DNA of 64,000 nucleotides from Dendrobates tinctorius (Eukaryota): NCBI RefSeq assembly GCF_039654945.1, contig NW_027361890.1, positions 18,352,001 to 18,416,000 of the forward strand, read 5' to 3'. Shown piece by piece: positions 1 to 11,305 of this stretch (position 1 is its first letter; each line of letters starts with the position of its first letter). The notes under the pieces were generated by a model. It saw only the letters and a program-made list of their open reading frames with translations, ran no database searches and was not told where the DNA came from. The position numbers and the translations under genes were made by a program.

Positions 1-3000
1 CCCTGAACGTGGTTTGCCTCCAATATTGCTGAACGAATCCAACGGGCAATAGTGGGCTTAGAAACTGGGAGCCACTTACATCGACCTTCAGAGATGACAA
101 ACAAGGCATCAGAATGGCGAAAGGAAGCAGTCAGGCTGATAGCTCTCCCCAGATCCAACTTGTGGTGGGACTTCTCCAGGGCATGGACCAGAGAGGCCTA
201 GAGACGAAATGACAATGTCTTCATTAATGTGAAATGAAGATACCACCTTAAGCAGGAAGAAAGGAACAGGTCTGAGAACTACCTTGCCCTGATGTAGAAT
301 CAGGAACGTAGAATGGCAGGATAATGCCGCTAGCTCAAACTCTCCGGATGGACATAAAGGCAACTAAGAAGGCAACTTTCCAAGACAGGAGTTAAAACAG
401 AATGTCTTGAATGGGCTCAAAAGGAGCATGCTGGAGTACGCCAAGCACAAGGTTAAGATCTCGTGGATATATAGGGGGACGATAAGGAGGTGCCAGGTGG
501 GCGACTCCTTGAAGAAAAGTCTTTACCTGGGAATGAGACACCAGATTTCGTTGGAAAATATCTTGCCCCTAAAGAGTACTGAGTGATAGACCAGAGTCAA
601 GACCCGCTTGAAGAAAACCAAAGATGGAGGAGGGGGCCTTGTGAGAGAAGATCTGGATGGTCTGGAAGCCTCCAGGGAGTGTCCATGAGCATGTTCACCA
701 GCTCCGAGTACCAGGCCCGTCTTGGCCAGTCTGGAGCTATCAGGATTACGGGAATCCCTTCTGCGTTTATCTTTTTCACGTCTCTCAGAATCAAAGGGAG
801 AGGCAGAAAAAGACAAGTCAGTTAAAATTGGGACCACGGTATTACTACAGCATTGCAACCAACGACTAGTGGATCCAGGGATCTGGCTACGTACTGAGAA
901 ACCTTGTGGCATATCTGGTTGAAAAATGGCAGGCCTGAGAGACTACTCGCCCAATGCGAGCCCGTGATGGCTTAAGATAAAAAAAAAATAAATAAATCGG
1001 TTGCCCAATTTTCTACCCCCGGAATGTGCACGGCTGATATGGCAGGAACAAGACATTCCGCCTATCGCAGAATCCTTGCTTCCTCTGCCACCACCTGTTT
1101 GCTGCAAATTCTGCCATTATGGTCTCTGTAGGCCACGGCAGTGACGTTGTCTGACTGTATGCGGACCGGCTGGCCTGGAGAGGAGCTGCTAGCAGCAAAA
1201 AAAATTTCCCTCATCTCCAGGAGATTGATGGGGAGAGTGAATACTTGGGCGCTCTAGTGACACTGCGCTGTGTGATGTAGAAAGACCGCTCCCCAAGCAA
1301 GGAGACTGGTGTCGGTGGTCATGACCTGCCCCAGGAGAGGAAGGAAGGACTTCCCTCGTAGGACCTGATGCTTATAACGTCCACCAGGTAAGGGACTGCC
1401 TCACCTTGAGAGGAAGAAGCACGGGTCGCTCCAGGGAGAAAGTCCTCTTGTCCCAAGTCGACAAGAGGGTCAGCTGGAGAGGACAGGTATGGAACTGGGA
1501 AAAAGGTACGGCTTCCGAGGCGGCAATCATCTTCCCCAAAACTCTCATGCAGGACCGCAGGGGAAGAGGAGCTTGTCGCTTTTGAGTGCGGATCCCCTGG
1601 CAGAGAGATGAAAAACCCTCCTTTGCAAGGAAAACACGGGCTTGGGCCGTATCAAACCTCATACCCAGAAACATCAGATGCTGAGCTGGAGTCAGGGAGG
1701 ACTTCTCTCTGTTGACAATCCAGTTGAGACGGACCATAGTGTCCAGAGAGATCTGAAGACACTGGTCACATTCAAGACGGGATGGCCCCTTGATCAGAAG
1801 ATCGTCCAAGTAAGAAAATATGAGAATCCCCTTGGAGCAAAAGATGGCAATGTCTGCTGCTATGACCTTCGTGAACACTCTGGGTGCAGAGGCCAGGCCG
1901 AAGGGCCAGGCTGTGAACTGATAGTCATCCTCCCGGATGGCAAACCGTAGGAATCTCTGATGCTGAACACAAACAGGAAAATATGAAGATAAGCATCCTG
2001 AATGTTTATACAACAAAGAAATTCTCCAGGTTCCATGGAGGCGATTACCGAACATAGGGACTCCATCCTGAAATGAAGGATCTGAACATGATGGTTCAAT
2101 CGCTTGAGGCCCAAAGAAGTACAATGACTCCTGTGCGTAGTAGGGAATAGACGGCCTGAAGAACCCCTGGAGACGTGACTATCTCTCTGACCCAGGCATC
2201 GTCGACCTCCAACAACCATACTTCCCAGAAGAGAAGAAGCGGCCTCCCAACCCTGGAGAGAATCCCGGGTGGGGGTGACCAGTCACGCCGAGGAGAATCT
2301 GTTGGCACAGATGGCTTGGAAGAGAGACCCTTTGGTCGCCAGTGAGGGGCAGGTTTGAGAGACGGCTTCTTCCTTTCCTTTTTGGTAGAAAAGCAATCCT
2401 GTTAGGAGGGAATCCCTGAAGAAAAGGGCCGAAAGGAACGAAATTGAAGCTACCCTTTACTATTGAAAAAGACGTTTAGGCCTGGACTGGGGAAGAGAGA
2501 TACGTAACAAAGGAAATTATTTGATCCAGTTTGGAGCCGAAATGTATAGAATCTTGGAAAGCAAGGCTAGTTAGGGGCTTTTTTGATGGTTGATCTGCAT
2601 TCCAAGCTTTCAACCAGAGGATGCGGCACATAGCAACGATATTGCTGGTAACTCTGGCAGTACAGCCGGCCACATCCAAAGAAGCGGTCAAAAGATATTT
2701 GCCGGCATGGTCAATCTGGTCTGCCAAATCAGCCATTTTATCCGGGGGAGCCGCTGCTAGAATACCTTGTTAAAGCATTGTTGCCCAGGCAGACATGGAC
2801 TTTGCCACCCAAGTGGAGGCAAAAACGGGACAGAGGGAGACGCCAGTTGCTTCAAAAGCTGACTTAGCCAAGGATTCTCTCTATCCGTGGAATCCTTAAG
2901 GGATGCACCATCCGGCAGAGACAAGACTGCCTTAGAAGACAGGCGAAAAACTGGCGGATCCACATTAGGGGATTCTTCCCATCTATCAAAGAGGTCTAGG

Positions 3001-5208
3001 CTAAAGGGATAAAGAATATCTAGCTGCTTCCTTCCTGGGAAGTCCTTTTCAGGGTGTTCCCAGTGCTTGAACATAATTGCTTCAAATTCCTTGTGATTAG
3101 AGAAATTCCGGGAGGGACGTTTTACCCGTTTGAAGGAGACGGAGTGCTCCTGGACAGGTGCCTTGTCCTCCTTTAGCTTCAGAGTTCCGGTAATTGCCAG
3201 GATAAGGCTATTGACCATATCCTGCAATTTTTGAGAACTGGTCCGTATCAGTCTCAGACTGGGGATCCACATCCGACCCAAAAGCTGCCACGGAGGAGGA
3301 GGCATGGGAAGAGGAGGGCAACCTAGAGGATACAGAGGGACACGGGGAACTGGAAAGAGCCCGCTTTTTTTATTTTGTTCCAAATCTGCCCCTGTGAAGG
3401 TCGCGGTCACGTGCGTGCGAATCACCGTGAGAGGCGTTTGGAGCACTGTTGGCAGTGAACAAATGTGGAAGTCGTTCCAGGATTTGGACCAGGGACTTTG
3501 AAATTTTCATCAGGTCGGGAACCGAGTGACATGGCAACAGCCCACTCCGGATGAGGGGAGTGCTCTCATCCTGGACGTTACGTTAGAGGGTTCTGTGGGG
3601 CAGACAAGGTGGAGGGACTGCAGGACAGGCAGAAAAGGCAAGGACTGGCCTGAAGACCACTTTCTTTTGCAAAGGGCAAATCACAGTGGGCTAAGAGGGG
3701 CATGAAGAAGCCTCTCTAGAGTTGAGCACAAGCTGAGCCTTGAGGATACTTCTGAGGAGGAGACAAGATAAAAAAGGAATAGAGCCTACCCGATGCCAGC
3801 AACGACCAGCAGAAAGAACTGTGGAAGCTGTGTCCCCCTTTGTGCAGAGCATCCGCAGGTCTGCAGAGAGCGCAGAATATAGCTGTGTCCCCCGTGTGCA
3901 GAGCACCAGCAGGTCTACAGAGCGGTGCAGGGGTAAGCAGAGTCTCCTTGGCTGGTTCCACAGCGCTGCAATCTGACGGCCGGCAAAAGAGAAAGCAAGC
4001 GTCCTATGGGCTGACACGCTGGGGCCTGAACAGCCAGGACAATCTGCCTACCGGCGAAAACTAAGTTTCCCCTCCAATTGGCTGACACGCCGAGGCATGA
4101 ACAGCCAGGAAGGAGGCGCTCCGTGATAGGAGTGGAAAAAGCGTGCGATGCGTGGGAAGTGCCCAGCTCAGAAGAAGGAGAGGAGGAAGACACCTCCTCT
4201 TGGATAAAAGTGTGTGATTTAAACACATGCCGGTGACTGGCCAAAGGAAAACAGGGAAGGGATGCAGCAAACAAAGGGAGTGGGGGAGTGTCTGCAAGTG
4301 CTGAGCCCGACAATGAGAAACATGACCGCGCTGCCCTGTCCCCTTGACACCTGCTGCTGCGGACGGAGACCTACGGGGAGTAACAGTCCTTCTGCAGCGA
4401 TGAGGATCGCATCAGGATTCCTCGAATGGGTGAGGGTCGCTGGGATCTGGGATCCTCCTTCCCGCACCGTCACCAGATGGTGCAGAAGATGGCGTCAACC
4501 CCTTACAAGGGGGGAGGGGAAAAGGCTAGGACCCGCAACTGGGAATCAAACTGAAGCACCCGTAAAGGTGACAGGGGACTAGGTCCTGCCTGCGGGCCTG
4601 AGAGTGGGCAATGTGGGTGACACCACACTGCTCTCTGTCGCATAAGCACAGTAAAAAGGTGAGAAATTACACCCCGTTACCCTAAGCAGAACCTGAAAGA
4701 CAGAGAAAAGATTAATAAAACACACAAGATACCTAAAAAGGAGATTTGTGTGTACTCACCGTAAAATCTCTCTCTTAGCCTCTAATTTGGGGACACAGAA
4801 CCATGGGTGTTATGCTGCTGTCCACTAGGAGGCGACACTAGGCATAATCTGAAAAGATTAACTATGGCTCCTCCTCTGCAGTATACACCCCTGGACGGCG
4901 TCAGCCTTCTCCAGTTTTGTGCAAAAGCATTAGGGGGAAGTTAACAGAAATAACATAACCATGCCTGTAATAAGGCCACCATGTTCGAGCTCAAAGAACA
5001 ATATGAGAACTCAACCGTAACAACGGCCCGTAAGGGCAACAGGGTGGGAGCTGTGTCCCCCAATTAGAGGCTAAGAGAAAGAGATTTTACTGTGAGTACA
5101 CAAAAATCTCCTTTACTCTGTCGCCTCACTGGGGAACACAGAACCATGGGACGTCCCAAAGCAGTCCCTGGGTGGGAAGCAATGGACGAATATTGTGCAG
5201 ACAGGTCC

Positions 5209-6192
5209 CTAAACTTGGGGCACTGCCGCCTGCAGAACCAGTCTACCCAGGCTCGTATCCGCTGAGGACTGGGTATGAACTCTGTAGTGTTTCGTAAACG
5301 TGTGTAAGCTAGTCCAAGTGGCCGCCTTACACACCTGTTGTGCCGAAGCCTGGTGCCGAATGGCCCAGGAGGCCCCTACCGCACGCGTAGAGTGTGCTGT
5401 GATACCGGCCGGAAGAGGAGAATTGTTAAGGCGGTAAGCCTCTTGTATGGTGGACTTGATCCACCTGGCAAGGGTAGCTTTGGAAGCCGGCAGACCCTTG
5501 CGAACGCCTTCCGGAAGAAGGAAAAGGGAATCAGACATCCGGAAGGGTGCAGTCCTAGACACGTCTATACGCAATGCCCTGACGAGGTCAAGCGTATGCA
5601 GAGCCTTCTCCACTCTGTGAACCGGAACCGGGCAAAGGGATGGCAGTGAAATTTCCTCATTGAGGTGGAAGTTGGACGCAACCTTCGGAAGGAAGGATGG
5701 GACTGTACGGAGAACCACCTTGTCCTGGTGAAAGGCTAGGAAGGGCCGTCTGCAGGAGAGTGCTGACAATTCAGACACCCTGCGAAGCGAGGTGATTGCC
5801 ACCAGAAAAACCACCTTCTGTGATAGAATGCGGAGTGGGACTTCCTTAAGGGGTTCGAAAGGTGGTGCCTGCAATGCTGTCAGGACCAGGTTGAGGTCCC
5901 ACGTTTCCAGTGGACGTCTGTAGGGGGGAACCAATCGGGAAATCCCCTGGAGAAAGGTCCTTACTTGCGGCTTGTTAGCGATGAGCCTCTGAAAAAGCAC
6001 TGAGAGCGCTGACACCTGGCTCTTAAGCGAGCCCAGGGATAGCCTGGCGTCCAGGCCCGATTGGAGAAAGCCAAGGACTTTTGGGAGGGTATAAGGGAGT
6101 GGAATCTGGCCACGAGATTCGCACCAGGTGAAGAAAGCTCTCCAGGTACGGTAATAAATCTTGGCGGAGGCTGGCTTCCGTGCCCTGATCAT
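5209..6192 (-). CDS. DIRS B tyrosine recombinase domain
   Basis: Catalytic R-H-R-Y residues: SLRRVSEL, AHSTR, TKHY. Confidence 0.9.
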   Translation of the reverse strand: MIRARKPASAKIYYRTWRAFFTWCESRGQIPLPYTLPKVLGFLQSGLDARLSLGSLKSQVSALSVLFQRLIANKPQVRTFLQGISRLVPPYRRPLETWDLNLVLTALQAPPFEPLKEVPLRILSQKVVFLVAITSLRRVSELSALSCRRPFLAFHQDKVVLRTVPSFLPKVASNFHLNEEISLPSLCPVPVHRVEKALHTLDLVRALRIDVSRTAPFRMSDSLFLLPEGVRKGLPASKATLARWIKSTIQEAYRLNNSPLPAGITAHSTRAVGASWAIRHQASAQQVCKAATWTSLHTFTKHYRVHTQSSADTSLGRLVLQAAVPQV

Positions 6193-6227
6193 GGTTCTAA
6201 TGACGTCCGTTGAGAGTCCTGCCTGGG

Positions 6228-8126
6228 TTAGAACTCAGGTCTCAAGGGCCACGCTGTCAAATTGAGAGCCCCTGAGTTCTGGTGGTAGAACGGGCCTCGT
6301 GACAGAAGATCGGGACGGTCGGGGAGACGCCAGGGGACGTCTGCTGTAAGTTGTATGACGTCGGCGTACCATGTACGTCTGGGCCAGTCTGGCGCGATCA
6401 GGATGGTTGGAACTCCCTCGTGTTTGATCTTCCTCACGACTCTGGATATCAGAGAGGTGGAAAGATGTACAGAAGCAGGAACTGGGTCCAGTCCTGAACC
6501 AGGGCATCTGCTCCGAGCGACCGCGGATCGCGTGTCCTGGCCATGAAGTTGGGAGACCTTGGCATTGAGATGGGATGCCATTAGGTCCACGTCCGGGGTC
6601 CCCCAGCGACGGCAGATCTGTCGAAAGATTTTGGGATGGAGAGACCACTCTCCCGAGTCCATTCCTTGTCTGCTTAGGAAGTCGGCTTCCCAGTTGTCCA
6701 CACCCGGACTGTGGACCGCAGAGAGTACCGATCTCGTGTCTACCGCCCAATGGAGGATATGTGCCACTTCTCTCATTGCCTGGGTACTGCGGGTCCCGCC
6801 TTGGTGGTTCACATATGCCACTGCCGTGGCATTGTCTGACTGTACTCTGATATGAGAGGCTGCCAGTAAGTGACGAAAGGCTCTCAATGCCAGAAAGATG
6901 GCCTGAATTTCCAAGACGCTGATGGGCATGTTCGCTTCCACTGGTGACCACTTGCCCTGTGCCCTGTGATGTAGGTGCACCGCACCCCAACCTGTCAGGC
7001 TCGCGTCGGTGGTCAGGACCTTCCATTGGCCTGAGAAAGGATTTTCCCGTTGCCAGTGAGGTTGGCTTGAGCCACCAGTGCAGGGACCTCCTGGTTGCCG
7101 ATGTTAGCTGGAACTCCCTGTCGAGGGAGAAAGGATTCCTGTCCCAGGACTTGAGGATGCCTAGTTGAAGTGGCCTGAGGTGAAACTGGGCAAATGGTAC
7201 CGCCTCCATTGCTGCTGCCATCCTGCCAAGGACTCTCATGGCAAACCGGAGAGATTGGGGGGGATTGCGGAGGAGTATGCGGAGGAGTATGCAAACTCCT
7301 AGACGGAGAGCCAGTGCCTTGTCTCTGGGAAGGAGCACCAGACCCCTGGAGGTGTCGAATAGCATCCCCAGGAAGGTCAGAGACTGACTCTGGGTAGTCG
7401 ATGACTTTTGTAAGTTGACTAACCAGCCCAGTGTCGATTGTGATTGAGACGCTGACCTCGCAGTCCTTGAAGATGGAAGCCTTGATGAGAAGGTCGTCCA
7501 GGTATGGAACGACTACTATGCCTCTGGAGTGTAGAACGTCCATGCTGGCAGCCATGACCTTGGTAAATGTTCTGGGAGCCGTGGCTAGTCCGAACGGGAG
7601 AGCCACGAACTGGTAGTGGTCCTGGTCGATTGCGAACCTGAGATATCTCTGATGGGCGGGAGCAATCGGTATATGCAGGCATGAGTCCTGTATGTCTATG
7701 GAGGCGAGATATTGTCCTTGCTCCATGGACGCAATGATGCACCGAAGGGACTCCATGTGAAAATGACGAACTCGTACATACTTGTTGAGTTGTTTTAGGT
7801 CTAGTATGGGCCGGACGCTGCCTCCTTTCTTGGGGACTACGAATAGATTGAAGTAGAACCCTCGGAAACGTTCGGACGCGGGAACCGGTACTACGACTCC
7901 TGCTTGAAGGAGAGAGGAAACCGCTTGGTGGAAAGCACGAGCCTTTTCTGGCGGTTTTGGTGGAACAGAGAGGAAGAGCCGGTTCGGTGGACTGGAAGTG
8001 AACTCTATCTTGTATCCGGAAGACACTATTTCCCTGACCCAACTGTCTTCTGTAATAGGCAGCCAGACTTGCTGAAAGAGTAGAAGTCGTCCGCCTACGG
8101 GTGGGGTGTCTTCCGGAGTTCGTGAG
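6228..8126 (-). pseudogene. DIRS B pol (RT, RNase H, Dam-like methyltransferase), frameshifted
   Basis: VGGRLL, LPFGLATAP, PYLDD, SDNATAVAYVNHQGG, PDVDLMAS and LIAPDWPRRTWY spread over ORFs 7013-8026, 6235-7365 and 6228-6980. Confidence 0.9.
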
Positions 8127-9691
8127 TCATGATGAGGAGAAATTCTGAGGTTTTCCTCCTTTGGGCTTCGCCTGGCCTGTTTTCGACTGCCAGTTCCTGT
8201 CTGGCCTCTGCGCTGCCCGTGGGTTGTCCCTGCGTGGAGACCGGTTACGATTTTGTGCTGGACGCGATGCGGACCAGCCCGAAGAATTCCGAAAGGATCG
8301 GAATCGTGTTTGGTTACGTCGTTTGAACGTGCGTTTAGGTTTTAGTTGAGGGAGAGAGGTACTCTTACCCTCACTGGCATTGGATATCATTGTGTCCAAC
8401 TTTTCACCGAAAAGCCGTCCACTGAGGTACGGGAGATGCGTGAGGGTCTTTGAGGCCGCATCCGCTTTCCATTCTCGCAGCCAGAGGATACGCCGAATCG
8501 TGATGGCGTTTGATGCTATCCCCGCTACACCTCTTGCGGAATTCAGGGCTGCATGAAGCATGTAATCTGCTACCACTGCTATTTGAACAGCTTGGTCCGA
8601 CAGCACAGGGCTTGGAGGCCAGTTTGCTATTTTTTGGCCCAAGCCAGAATGGTCTTGGCCGCCCATACTGAAGCGAACGCGGGAGCCAGGGAGGCCCGTG
8701 CCGCTTCGAAAACTGAACAAGTCATGCGTTCTACCTGCCGGTCTGCAGCGTCCCTGAGGGTTGAGCTATCTGGCAGTGATAGGAGGGTCTGTGCTGCTAG
8801 CCTAGAGACTGGGGGGTCCACTTCGGGTGGATCTGTCCACTCCTTGGTGTCCTTTTGTGGGAAGGGGTACCTAGCCTCCAAATATTTGCGATTGGTGAAT
8901 TTCTTCTCAGGCTGCGAAAACTGCTTAGTAAGGATCGCCTGAAATTCCGGGTGGTTAGAGAAGACCTTAGGTGGTTTCAGAACACCTTCAAAGCAAATCT
9001 TGTGTTCTGGGGCTTCCGGGATTGGATCGGAAATGTCCAGCACCCGATAGATGGAAGAGATTATGTCCTCAACTAGCGGTGTATTGCTAGGGGGACAAGG
9101 GACCAGAGACAGCTCCGTTTCGTTGTCTGAGTCGGAGTCACAGATGCCTTCCGAATCCTGCATATCGCTGAGGCGTTCCCTGGTGGGCGAGCTGGGGCGA
9201 AGACCTTCTGTCGTCGGGGATCACAGTGGAGATCTGCGTTGTCTGTCTCTGGTAGGGGACGGTCTAGGTGACCTGGAACTACGGTGTCTGTCCCTAGAGG
9301 GGGATGACCGTGTGCTATGGGATGACGCAGAGGAACTCGACATGTGGGTGCGGTAACGTCTGGGAGAGCCAGAAACAGCCTGTCCCTGAGTGGAGCTGTC
9401 CCTTTGCTGGGTAATGCTCACAGCCGAGACATGACCCTGCAGAGCCTGGAGCAATGTGGAGGTTAGGTTATCTATGGACTGCATCATAGACTGCGACATC
9501 TGGGTAGCCCATTCCGGCGTGGTAGCAGCCGCTGAAGCATTGGTAGGAGCCTCTTGGGGTTCTGACCGAGTATTCTGGATACAGTCCCGACAGTGCGGGT
9601 ACGTGCTGCCACTGGGGAGAGTGGTTTTGCAGGCTGTGCAGAATGCATAAAAGCAGTCCTGCCTGGTTCTCTTGGACCTTGAGCCCGGCAT
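8127..9691 (-). pseudogene. DIRS B gag/ORF1 (N-terminal CxxC...CxxC finger, LAP2alpha-like C-terminal part), frameshifted
   Basis: ORFs 9221-9691, 8627-9163 and 8127-8720; motifs CTAC...CRDC, PPEVDPPV, RRILWLREW, GRLFG. Confidence 0.85.
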
Positions 9692-11305
9692 AGTGCACTG
9701 AGTGCGGAAGGGCTGGCTATGAGAGGGCCTTACAGGGGTGCCTATGCATGGAAAAACCTATAGGAGAGCCTTACAGGAAATCCGGATACACAGCCGAGTA
9801 AAAAACCCGAGCTGTGATCTTACTCCAGCAGCGTGCCCCTAGGTCCAGCGCCGAAGATCCACAGTCCTGTGCCCTCCGGAGACTGGCTGGCGTGGTGCTG
9901 CTGATGCCTGCAGCAGAAATGGTCTCAGAGAGGATGAGGAGGGAGAAGAAGGGGGCGGAGAGCTGAGAAAGAGCACGCAGAGATGTGTAAAAACGCGCCC
10001 TTTCTGTCTCGATCTGCCCCTTCTATGACACTGTAGAGTGTCATATTTGTCATCCGGGGGGCGGGCGGAGAGGAGGCAGTGACCTCAGCTAGGCCGAAGC
10101 AGCGGCCTAAATTAGTTACCGATGCCCAGAAAGGGCTCCAGCCCGGCGCGGAAGTCCGGGAGGGGGGGTCAGATCTGAACCGGACCCCCCCCCCCCGGAT
10201 TGAAAGGCAGGATAGCAATGGGGCCACAATTGGAAGCGGGGCCCTGTGATGGGTCCCCCTGAGGCGCTATGGAGCTGGTGCTGCCGCAGAGACAGGGGCG
10301 CAGGGATCCCTGTCTGTATGTGCCATGCCTGCCCGCACTCCCCCCGGCCCCTACAGGAGCCCGCAGCTGGGCTGGGGTCCCTGGATACTGTGAGCTGCAG
10401 ATTGCCGTGGTAGACCCTACTTGAGGCGTCTCAACCTTATTCCCCCAGAGGGGGATTAGGGAGGGTGCTGCTGTCACCATCAGGGGGCTTTCTCCTTGCC
10501 TCGACCTCAACCCAAGACCAAAAGGAATTGGGGAAGGAGGGGGGTCTCGACTTCGAACCAGCACCCGCAGGACTGGGGAAGGAGCGACATGGGGAACAAC
10601 CATCTCAACTTCAACCGGGCACCCCATAATAGGGGGCCGAGGAAGGAGCCATGCCGGGAGTCTCACAGGAGACCCACTTTTCTTCATCTGTCATCCAGGA
10701 AGAAAAAAAAAAAAAAAAAACGGAGTGAAAAAGAGAAAAAATTCTTTAGGTGTGCCTCCTATGCGACACTAAGCAAAAACTGGAGGAGGCCGACGCCGTC
10801 CAGGGGTGTATACTGCAGAGGAGGAGCCATAGTTAATCTTTTCAGATTATGCATAGTGTCGCCTCCTAGTGGACAGCAGCATAACACCCATGGTTCTGTG
10901 TCCCCCAATGATGCGACAGAGTAAAGAAAAATGCGGATCTGGGATCCGATCCAGGTCCGCCTCCTACAGATACTAAGCTTAAACTGAGGTGCTTTGTGCC
11001 ACTCGATGGGCGTATACTGTTGGGGAGGAGCCATTATCCTTTATTGCCGAGTGTCAGCTTCCTAGCAACAGCAGCATACACCCATGGTAAGCTGTGTCCC
11101 CCAATAAAGAAATCCAAACCCCCTTCCCAAAAACAGTATGCTTGCCACAGTGGCCAATAATAGGCTCAATTCAGCTGATTATGCCTTAAACTCTTATTTT
11201 TGACTAACCACAAATTTTCACTTGGACAGATGACATTTTGGGTTTAGTGAGGTTTATAATTTTCAAGTGATTGTTGTCAGATATGTAATTTTGGTTAATA
11301 TTTAA

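Larger units (their letters stand above)
4737..10925 (-). mobile_element. DIRS1-like element B, full length, nested in element A
   Basis: Inverted terminal repeats at ~4788-4925 and ~10773-10910. An internal complementary region (ICR, ~5050-5150) reproduces both ends joined at TTT. Gag, RT, RH, MT and YR are present with several frameshifts. Confidence 0.95.
1..11112 (-). mobile_element. DIRS1-like element A (old, degenerate); split by element B; 3' end beyond the window edge
   Basis: Broken recombinase (1-~560), MT/RH/RT (597-2280; FGLASAPRVFTK, YLDD) and gag (2284-~3750) segments. The leader runs to 4736; the rest of the leader and the 5' terminal repeat lie at 10926-11112. Confidence 0.85.

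Noticed and set aside
3691-4582. Cluster of short ORFs in the DIRS A leader
   Set aside because: GC-rich degenerate leader with a local ~57-bp repeat; no consistent frame or homology.
5209-6980. Phage integrase plus Dam methylase as prokaryotic contamination or a prophage
   Set aside because: Both are standard DIRS1 domains within terminal repeats and ICR, inside introns of a spliced vertebrate gene.
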